Origin: an uncultured Enterobacterales bacterium | GTDB taxonomy: Bacteria > Myxococcota_A > UBA796 > CAJQPC01 | Length of the DNA: 64,000 nucleotides | Reading direction: 5' to 3' | Assembly (NCBI GenBank): GCA_964567625.1 | Contig: CAZMNK010000005.1 | Span: 343 to 64,342 of the forward strand | In this document: in pieces, positions 18,102 through 26,916 of the stretch | How the letters are laid out: every line of letters starts with the position of its first letter | Numbering within the stretch: position 1 is the first letter of the stretch | The notes under the pieces: model-generated | The model's input: only the letters and a program-made list of their open reading frames with translations | Database searches by the model: none | Told to the model about the DNA's origin: nothing | Made by a program: the position numbers and the translations under genes

Positions 18102-18335
18102 CTAGATTTCCCGCTCCTGGATTCCACCATCCGAAGTGCGGGTGAGTTCGACCAGCTTCTGGTCCGCGGCGTCGAGCTTTTCGTGGCATTCCCGGGTCAG
18201 GGCAATGCCCTCCTCGAAGAGGGCCAGGGAGTCCTCGAGGCTCAGTTCGCCGCCCTCGAGCTTGCGAACCTTGTTCTCAAGCTCGGTCAGGGCCTCTTCA
18301 AAGGTGCGGTCTGGGACTTCGGCTTGGTCGGACAT
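18102..18335 (-). CDS. xseB: Exodeoxyribonuclease VII small subunit
   Basis: 77 aa. FEEALTELENKVRKLEGGELSLEDSLALFEEGIALTREC is the XseB signature. Confidence 0.85.
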   Translation of the reverse strand: MSDQAEVPDRTFEEALTELENKVRKLEGGELSLEDSLALFEEGIALTRECHEKLDAADQKLVELTRTSDGGIQEREI

Positions 18336-18395
18336 TCCAGACGCGTAACCGCACAGGATCCGGGGTGCAGGTCCGGCCCGTTGCCCGAGGTCTCT

Positions 18396-20240
18396 TCAGC
18401 CCTGTCTGGTCTCCAGTTGCTCCCATCGGGCATAGATCGCCTCGATCTCGGCCTGTTGGGCCTCGTAGGTCTGGGTCAGGTCCGCGATTCGCTCGGTGGC
18501 CTCCTGGTAGGTCTCCGGCGCGGCGAGTTGTGCTCCCAGGGATTCGTGTGCGGCCTCCAGGGCCTCCAGCCGTGCGGGCAGGGCTGCGAGCTCCTGTCGC
18601 TCCTGGTGGCTCAGGCCTCCCTTCTTCTTCGGCCGGGGCTTCTCGGTCTGGGGCGTGGACTTCTCGCGTCTTGGGGCTTCCACTGTGGCGTCCAGGGCTC
18701 TCTGGGCCTGGAGCCGAGAGGCATAGGAGGTGACCTGGCCTTTCTGTTCGAAGCTCACCACCGTGGTGCAGACCCGGTCCAGCAGGGCCCGATCATGGCT
18801 GATCACCAGGCTCGCGCCATCAAAGGCGATCAGGGCTTCCTCCAGGATGCGAAGGGTCATCAGGTCCAGGTCGTTGGTGGGTTCGTCCAGAAGCAACAGG
18901 TTGCCGCCATCCAGCAACAGGCGGGCCAGCAACAGGCGCATGCGCTCTCCCCCTGACAGGCTGGCCACGGTCTGGGTCAGTTGTTGCTGGCGGAACATGA
19001 ACCGTCTCAGGAAGCTCGCCACGTGCACCCCACGGTCCCCCACGATCACGTGGCTGTTTCCGTGTCCGGCTGCGTCAAAGAGAGTGTCTGTCGGGTCCAG
19101 TCCACTCCGGGCCTGGTCGATGGTCGCCACCTTGAGGCGAGGTGCCCAGTGGACCCGTCCGGCGAGAGGAGGCAGGTCCCGGCGGATCAGCTTGAACAGG
19201 GTGGACTTGCCGATGCCATTGGGCCCCAGGATCCCGACCCGGTCCCCGGCCTGGACCGACAGCGTCACCCCGTGAAAGAGAGGCACACCGTCGTAGCCCC
19301 CGTCGACGTCCTCCAACTCCAACAGCGTGCTGCCAGCGCGAAACCCCGTGCAGAGGTCCAGTTCAAAGGTCTGTTCCCGCATCAAGGGCCTCTCCGCCTG
19401 GAGTTGCTCCAGTCGAGAGAGTCGTGCTCGCTGCTTGGTGCTGCGGGCTGCGGGGCTTCGGGCAGCCCAGGCGGCTTCCCGGGCCAGGGTCCCCAGCCGG
19501 CTGGCCTCGGTCTGCTCCTGGCGGGCCCGTCGCTCGGCCCGTGCGATCAGGTAGTCACCATAGCTTCCGTCGTAGGAGACGGTGAGTCCGTCCTCGACCT
19601 CGACGATTCGATCGGCGACGGCCTCCAACAGGTAGCGGTCGTGGGTGACCAGGACGATGGCGCCGCGGTAGCCGAGCAGGAAACTCTGGAGCCACTCGAT
19701 GGTCTCTGCGTCCAGGTGGTTGGTGGGCTCGTCCAGGAGCAACAAGTCCGGGGTCTGCAACAGGGCCTGGGCCAGGGCCACCCGCCGGGTCTCGCCGCCG
19801 GAGAGGGTTTCGATGGCATCTGTTCGAGGGGGGGTTTTCAGTCGTTCGCAGACGCCATCGACCCGGTGGTCGAGGCGCCAACCCACATCATCGAGTCGAT
19901 CCTGCAGGGCACTGGATCGTTCCAGGTCGCCCTCTGCGATGGCTGTTTCGAACGCCGCAACGAGCTGGTGATGCCAGGAAATGGCCTCGTCCAGGGCGTC
20001 CTGGACGGTGCTTCCACGCAGAACGGGCGCCTGGTCCAGCAGCCCGGCAGGCGCCTGGCGGTGCACGGTGCCGTGGTCGGGCTCCAGGAGGCCGGCCAAC
20101 ACCCGGAGCAGGGTCGACTTGCCGGAGCCGTTGGGGCCCACCAGGCCCACGCACTCCCCCTTGGAGACGGACAGGTCCGCGCCCCGCAGGATGAGTTGAT
20201 CGGCAAAGGCGACCTCGATGCCCTGGGCCCGGAGGATCAT
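18396..20240 (-). CDS. ABC-F family ATPase (Uup/EttA-like, two ABC domains, C-terminal coiled coil)
   Basis: Two Walker A sites (GPNGSGKST, GPNGIGKST) and two LSGGE signatures. Start placed at ATG 20240, which forms ATGA with the SDR stop; the ORF track start 20300 would overlap the SDR gene by 64 nt. Confidence 0.9.
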   Translation of the reverse strand: MILRAQGIEVAFADQLILRGADLSVSKGECVGLVGPNGSGKSTLLRVLAGLLEPDHGTVHRQAPAGLLDQAPVLRGSTVQDALDEAISWHHQLVAAFETAIAEGDLERSSALQDRLDDVGWRLDHRVDGVCERLKTPPRTDAIETLSGGETRRVALAQALLQTPDLLLLDEPTNHLDAETIEWLQSFLLGYRGAIVLVTHDRYLLEAVADRIVEVEDGLTVSYDGSYGDYLIARAERRARQEQTEASRLGTLAREAAWAARSPAARSTKQRARLSRLEQLQAERPLMREQTFELDLCTGFRAGSTLLELEDVDGGYDGVPLFHGVTLSVQAGDRVGILGPNGIGKSTLFKLIRRDLPPLAGRVHWAPRLKVATIDQARSGLDPTDTLFDAAGHGNSHVIVGDRGVHVASFLRRFMFRQQQLTQTVASLSGGERMRLLLARLLLDGGNLLLLDEPTNDLDLMTLRILEEALIAFDGASLVISHDRALLDRVCTTVVSFEQKGQVTSYASRLQAQRALDATVEAPRREKSTPQTEKPRPKKKGGLSHQERQELAALPARLEALEAAHESLGAQLAAPETYQEATERIADLTQTYEAQQAEIEAIYARWEQLETRQG

Positions 20241-21028
20241 CTCTGCAACCACCAGCGGGCCACCACTCGGTAGAGGCGCATCACGGGTCGCTGGAGCCAC
20301 AGGGGAGACAGGCGTGCATGCCAGGCCAGGATTCTCCCGATGAGGCCGATCAGGACAACGGGCCTGTCTCGCTCCAGCCCATTCAGGCCGGCCCTGGCGA
20401 CTTGCTCGGCGGTGACGAATAGCCAGCCTGGTGGCTTTTGTAGGCCCGCAAAGGCCACATCGAAGAAGGGGGTGTCGACGGGACCTGCGGCCAGGAGCGT
20501 CACCGCCACGCCCGTGGAGCGGGTCTCGATCCGCAGGCTCTCGCTCAACACGAAGAGAAAGGCCTTGGTGCCGGAATAGGCCGCCATGTCCGGCAGGGGG
20601 CCGTAGCCAGCCACAGAGCCCACGTTCAGCACCCCGCCCCGTCCCCGGGCGACCATTCCCGGCAGCCAGCCGTGAATCAGCTGTAGGGGCGCCTTGCAGT
20701 TCAGGTCCACCATTGCCAGTGCCTGCTTTCCGTCTGCCTCCAGCAGGGGCATGCCCATGCCGACTCCTGCACAGTTCACGAGGATGTCGATGTCGGGGTG
20801 GCGATGAAGCAACCCGTCGATCGCTCGGGCATCACACAGGTCCACGCACTCCACCATCGTCTCGCAGGACAGTTCTCGAGCGAGGACCTCCAGGCGGTCC
20901 AGGGAGCGTCCCAAGAGGACGATCCGGGTTGTTCCCCGGGCACAGAGTTCTCGGGCCAGGGCGGCGCCGATGCCCGACGATGCCCCGGTCACGACCGCGG
21001 TCGCCCCGACCAGTTCCAAGCTCACCAC
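20237..21028 (-). CDS. SDR family oxidoreductase
   Basis: 263 aa. TGASSGIGAALAREL cofactor motif. YSGTK (YxxxK) catalytic motif. Confidence 0.85.
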   Translation of the reverse strand: MVSLELVGATAVVTGASSGIGAALARELCARGTTRIVLLGRSLDRLEVLARELSCETMVECVDLCDARAIDGLLHRHPDIDILVNCAGVGMGMPLLEADGKQALAMVDLNCKAPLQLIHGWLPGMVARGRGGVLNVGSVAGYGPLPDMAAYSGTKAFLFVLSESLRIETRSTGVAVTLLAAGPVDTPFFDVAFAGLQKPPGWLFVTAEQVARAGLNGLERDRPVVLIGLIGRILAWHARLSPLWLQRPVMRLYRVVARWWLQR

Positions 21029-21041
21029 GAAGACAGGGCTG

Positions 21042-23249
21042 CTAATTCCGGGGCTTGTATGCCCGCAGCCGCTCGATGCTGGTGAGACGGTAGGTGCGGC
21101 GAGCGGACTTGCCCAGGTCCAGGGCGACCATGACCTCGTCTCCGGCGGGGGTGATCGCCAGTCGTTCGGGGTTGACCTTGCACGTCACGCGCTTGCCGTC
21201 CCGGGCCAGGTAGAGCACCTCCATGTGCTGGCCGCCGCCCAGGGCATCCTCGATGAGCATCCTGGCTTCCCGGGGAGAGACCCTCGGGGGCTGGTCTTTC
21301 CGCTTCTTCTTCTTTCGCGTATGGCCGGCACTCGAGCCGGGCACGGCCTGGAGTTCCGCCGGCAGCGTGTCGGCGGCATGGGCCCGTGCCTGGGGATTCT
21401 CGGAGACCTCCCGGGCCTCGACGACCAGCTGGAGCAGCCGCTCACGGGCGCTGACCTGGTCGGGGGTGCCGGGGTAGCACTTGGTCTGGAGGGCGGGAGA
21501 GAAGCCCGAGCCGCCCAGGACCTCTCGGATCTCGTCGAGCTTGTTGCGGTCGACCGCGTACAGCCCGGGGGTAAACCGGTGGAGCAGGAAGGGCTTGAGC
21601 TCTCGCATACTCTCCAGCTTGCGGATCCGGCTGCGATGCACGCTCAGCAGGACGGTGTCATGGAACTCCACGTCGCCGTGGTGGCCCATCCAGCCCTTGA
21701 GGGTCTGTTCGACGTTCTCGGGCAGGCCTGTCTGGCAATTGTCCCGCAGGAAGTCCAGCACATCGTCTCGGCGCCAGGTCTTCTCCAGGGCGCGTTCGAT
21801 CGAGATCTCGGTGACCTTGTAGGTGTTGGCCCGGTCACAACCGACGAGCTCGCAGATCTCGCCGATGCGGAAGAGCAGCAGCGGCGCCAGACCTGCTGGC
21901 GCCATGATCTCGAAGCTTGGGGTCAGGTAGAAGGCGGTGAATCCGTCGTCTTCGGGGGGCTCAAGGAGCGCCTGGGCCCGGGGAGTGAGCTTGTAGAACT
22001 TCTCCTGGCCCCACTCGCCAAGCTCGATCATCCCGCAGTTGACCAGGGGTGCAAAAGAGAACGACTCGCGCTCGTTGGTGCGGGTCGGGGCGTACTCACC
22101 CTTGTGGAAACGGGTGCGCCAGTCCTCGCCGCGATTCCACCTGCGGTACAGGTTCGACAGCGGGCGTTCGGGCACCCACTCCCCTTTGCCGCTGTGCACG
22201 GCCCAGAGGATCCACTCGGCGTAGGAGAAGCGACGGTCCAGGGACCGGAAGATCAGGTCTCGCTGGTCCTGGGGGTCCAGGTTGAGCCACTCCTCGACGA
22301 CCTCGCGGTTCACGCTGATGTGATCCCCGCGCAACTCGACCAGTCCGTGCAGGATCAGGAAGTCCACGTGGAAGTGGAACAGCTCGGCGCTGGTGTCCCA
22401 CAACTGCGCGAAGAAGGTGTCCATCTCCTCCTGGTGGGCCTTGTAGATGTCGTGTTGCTGGGTCAGTCGGGGCGGTCGCTGGTCGATGTAGGTGCACAGC
22501 GTCGCAATGGAGAAGTCCAGCGGTGGGCAGAACGGTCTGTGGTCCCGAGCGCGGACATCCTCGTGGGCAAATGTCGGCACGCCGAGTTCGACCTTGAGGT
22601 GCTCGATCATGTGGTCCACGAGGGGGTCGGGAACCAGGTAGAAGAAGTGTCCGTCCTGTGTGGCTGTGGCCGCCAGCAAGCCCTTGTCGGCCAGGGTGAT
22701 CATCACCTTCTGCCACTCGCGCTCGTGGCCTCCAAGGGACAGCCCAAGCTCCCGGTGGAACTCGTCGGCGTGGGCCAGGCCTCCACACTGGAGGAGCGTC
22801 GCCAGGGCGGTGCGTTCCCGCTCGTGCATGGACTTGAGCAGGTTGCCCATGCGGTTGCCCTGGGCCACGGCACGGACGGTGAGCTGCACGAGTCGATCGT
22901 GGTCTGGAACCCGCTTGGGCTGGCCGCCCAGGCCCCGGTACAGGGCGTGCAGCAGGTTCTCGGGCAGCTGGGTGACGTAGCCGGAAAGGTCTTCCAGTTC
23001 GGCGCGGGACAGGCGCCGCCGACGGGTCAGGCCGGTGACTGCTGCGGAGCGCCGCCGCCGACTACGCCGGCGCCGGACATTTCGGCCGCCGTTCGGGGTC
23101 TTGACCCCCTGGTGGCCGTCGCCGGATCGATTGCCGCCACGGCCTCGCCGTCCGCGTCGGTTGCGTCGCCCGCCACCACCGCCTTCCGACTTTCCGGGGT
23201 CTTTTTTTTCCTGGCCTTCCGACTTGCCGGTGCCTTGAACCTGTTCCAT
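21042..23249 (-). CDS. XPB-associated protein: Arg/Gly-rich N-terminal tail, TFIIH p52/Tfb2-like (helicase-associated) core, WYL-like C-terminal domain
   Basis: 735 aa, 49 bp downstream of XPB, GGAGAG RBS. GFTAFYLTPSFEIMAP...VTEISIERALEKTWRRDDVLDFLRDNCQTGLPENVEQTLKGWMG parallels the remembered p52 C-terminal region. N-terminus GGGGRRNRRGRRGRGGNR...RRRRSRRRRS. C-terminus MEVLYLARDGKRVTCKVNPERL...RRTYRLTSIERL follows the WYL-domain pattern. Confidence 0.6.
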   Translation of the reverse strand: MEQVQGTGKSEGQEKKDPGKSEGGGGGRRNRRGRRGRGGNRSGDGHQGVKTPNGGRNVRRRRSRRRRSAAVTGLTRRRRLSRAELEDLSGYVTQLPENLLHALYRGLGGQPKRVPDHDRLVQLTVRAVAQGNRMGNLLKSMHERERTALATLLQCGGLAHADEFHRELGLSLGGHEREWQKVMITLADKGLLAATATQDGHFFYLVPDPLVDHMIEHLKVELGVPTFAHEDVRARDHRPFCPPLDFSIATLCTYIDQRPPRLTQQHDIYKAHQEEMDTFFAQLWDTSAELFHFHVDFLILHGLVELRGDHISVNREVVEEWLNLDPQDQRDLIFRSLDRRFSYAEWILWAVHSGKGEWVPERPLSNLYRRWNRGEDWRTRFHKGEYAPTRTNERESFSFAPLVNCGMIELGEWGQEKFYKLTPRAQALLEPPEDDGFTAFYLTPSFEIMAPAGLAPLLLFRIGEICELVGCDRANTYKVTEISIERALEKTWRRDDVLDFLRDNCQTGLPENVEQTLKGWMGHHGDVEFHDTVLLSVHRSRIRKLESMRELKPFLLHRFTPGLYAVDRNKLDEIREVLGGSGFSPALQTKCYPGTPDQVSARERLLQLVVEAREVSENPQARAHAADTLPAELQAVPGSSAGHTRKKKKRKDQPPRVSPREARMLIEDALGGGQHMEVLYLARDGKRVTCKVNPERLAITPAGDEVMVALDLGKSARRTYRLTSIERLRAYKPRN

Positions 23250-23298
23250 CTTTCTCTCCGGGATTGCAGGGCCTCTGAGTGGAGCGCCGGGGGCGCCG

Positions 23299-24987
23299 TC
23301 AGCTCGCAGCCCGCTCCTCGATGGTGTAGCGATAGCCTTGCTCAGTGAGGAACAACTGTCGCTTCAGTGCGAAGTCCTGTTCCTTGGTGTCACGGGTAAT
23401 GACAGTGTAGAAGTGGGCCTCTCCGCCGTCTTTCTTGGGACGCAGGATTCGACCCAGGCGCTGGGCTTCTTCCTGGCGAGAGCCGAAGCTCCCCGAGATC
23501 TGGATGGCGACGTTTGCGTCGGGAAGATCGATCGAGAAGTTCGCGACCTTGCTCACCACCAGGACAGGGATCTTCCCATGCCGGAACCCGTTGAAGAGCT
23601 CCTCTCGGCGCTTGTGCGGCGTCTTGCCTGTGATCAGGGGAGCCCGGATCATCTTGGCGACCTGCTCCAGTTGGTCCACATAGGTCCCGATGACCAGGAT
23701 GTGGTTGCCCTCGTGGCGGTTGAGTAGTTCTCGGATGGCCCCGAGCTTGAGTGGGTTGACCGACGCCATCTTGAACTTGCGGTTCTCGTCGGTATTCTCG
23801 TACTTCTGGGCATCGCCGTTGTTGAATCCGACCCGGACCTCGTGACAGCGGGCTTCGGCGATGAAGCCACCATCCTCGAGCATCTGCCAGGGCAGGTCAT
23901 AGCGCTTGGGGCCGACCAGGGAGAAGACATCCCCCTCTCGGCCATCCTCGCGCACCAGGGTCGCGGTCATTCCCAGCCGTCGACGGGCCTGGAGGTTGGC
24001 GGTGGCGCCAAAGACAGGCGCAGGCAACAGGTGGACCTCGTCGTAGATCAGCAGGCCCCAGTCCTGGTCGGTGAACAGGTGAAGGTGCTCGAACTCGGCA
24101 TCCCTCGATCGGCGCCAGGTCATGATCTGGTAGGTCGCCACGGTGACCGGCCGGATCTGCTTGGTGGACCCCATGTAGGCGCCGACCTGGGCGGAGGTCA
24201 GGTGGGTCTTGTCGATGATCTCGCGGACCCACTGGTTTACCGCGGCGGCGTTGGTGGCCAGGATCAGCGTGTGGGTCTGGACCAGGTTCATGGTCTGCAG
24301 GGCCACGATGGTCTTGCCTGCACCGCAGGGCAGAACCACCACGCCGTGCCCGCCGGAAGGCTTGCCATCCAGGAACCAGCGTTCGGCCGCCTCGACCTGG
24401 TAGGGGCGCACGGCAAAGGGCTTGCCGTTGCTCTTCATCTTTGTTCGAAGGGCGACGTCCAGGTGTGCGCCGGGCAGGAAGCCGGCCAGGTCCTCGATGG
24501 GCCAGTTGGCCTGGAGAGCCCGCTGCTTGAAGATGCCGCGGTGTCCGGCGTCAATGGCCCAGTGCCGCCGGCCGTCCTCGACAAGGAGCTCTCGAATCTC
24601 CGGCAGGTTGGACACCACCTTGGCGATGTAGGTGGTGGCAAAGTCGAGCCGGATGAGGCTCGCCGGGTCGGTGGGGTGTGGCACCAGCTTGACGAGCCCG
24701 TAGCGCTCGATGGTGTCGCTGACCGAGTCCACGACATTCTGGGGAATATCGAACTTCGTGAACTCTCGAAGCTCGTCGACGATGTCCGCGCGACTCAATC
24801 CGGAGGAAGCGGCATTCCACAGGGACAACGGTGTGATTCGGTAGGTGTGCAGGTGCTCTGGGGACGCCTCGAGCTCCGCGAAGCGCCCGAGCAGATCTCG
24901 CGCAGCCTCGTACCGAGGATGCTTTGTCTCGACCAGGACCTTTCCGTCGCCCTGGACGATGACCGGATTTTCAGGCCGGACTTGCAT
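23299..24987 (-). CDS. XPB/ERCC3-type SF2 DNA helicase/translocase
   Basis: 562 aa. N-terminal XPB-specific region (VIVQGDGKVLVETKHPRYEAARDLLGRFAELEASPEHLHTYRITPLSLWNA), Walker A LPCGAGKT, DEVH box (IYDEVHLLPA), helicase C motifs. Confidence 0.85.
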   Translation of the reverse strand: MQVRPENPVIVQGDGKVLVETKHPRYEAARDLLGRFAELEASPEHLHTYRITPLSLWNAASSGLSRADIVDELREFTKFDIPQNVVDSVSDTIERYGLVKLVPHPTDPASLIRLDFATTYIAKVVSNLPEIRELLVEDGRRHWAIDAGHRGIFKQRALQANWPIEDLAGFLPGAHLDVALRTKMKSNGKPFAVRPYQVEAAERWFLDGKPSGGHGVVVLPCGAGKTIVALQTMNLVQTHTLILATNAAAVNQWVREIIDKTHLTSAQVGAYMGSTKQIRPVTVATYQIMTWRRSRDAEFEHLHLFTDQDWGLLIYDEVHLLPAPVFGATANLQARRRLGMTATLVREDGREGDVFSLVGPKRYDLPWQMLEDGGFIAEARCHEVRVGFNNGDAQKYENTDENRKFKMASVNPLKLGAIRELLNRHEGNHILVIGTYVDQLEQVAKMIRAPLITGKTPHKRREELFNGFRHGKIPVLVVSKVANFSIDLPDANVAIQISGSFGSRQEEAQRLGRILRPKKDGGEAHFYTVITRDTKEQDFALKRQLFLTEQGYRYTIEERAAS

Positions 24988-25235
24988 GGCTCATGGTGTC
25001 TTCATGACGGTCAGGCGCGGCTCCCGGATGGGGAAGCGTAGGGGGGCCGCAGGCAAGGACCTCAGCGCAGCCGCCACATGGACGGCATGGGGTTGCGCAC
25101 CTGTGATGGCCTCAAGGCCTTACAGGTGGTTGGGCGATCTGCCCAGGCAAACGGGACGCGGGAATCCATCCCTTTGTCCAAGTCCCAATGTAGCAGCCTT
25201 TTCGGGCATGTCAAGGGAGTCGTGTCAGGGGCTTG

Positions 25236-26864
<1,629 letters not shown>

Positions 26865-26916
26865 GGAGTCCTCCTGAGACTGGGAAGGGCGGACCTAACC
26901 GAGGTAGACCTCACAG

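Noticed and set aside
20970-23348. 792-aa + strand ORF antisense to the p52-like gene
   Set aside because: The minus-strand product has a balanced composition (W/Y/F/K/H), an RBS and p52-like motifs. The + strand ORF is G/V/L/A/Q/D-rich with no signatures.
25070-25110. Imperfect hairpin CACCTGTGATGGCC-TCA-AGGCCTTACAGGTG in the 248-bp gap between the XPB start and the pruA stop, as a possible pruA terminator or small RNA
   Set aside because: The stem is interrupted by an internal loop, there is no U-tract on the relevant strand, and no other RNA-family signatures are present. The evidence is insufficient.
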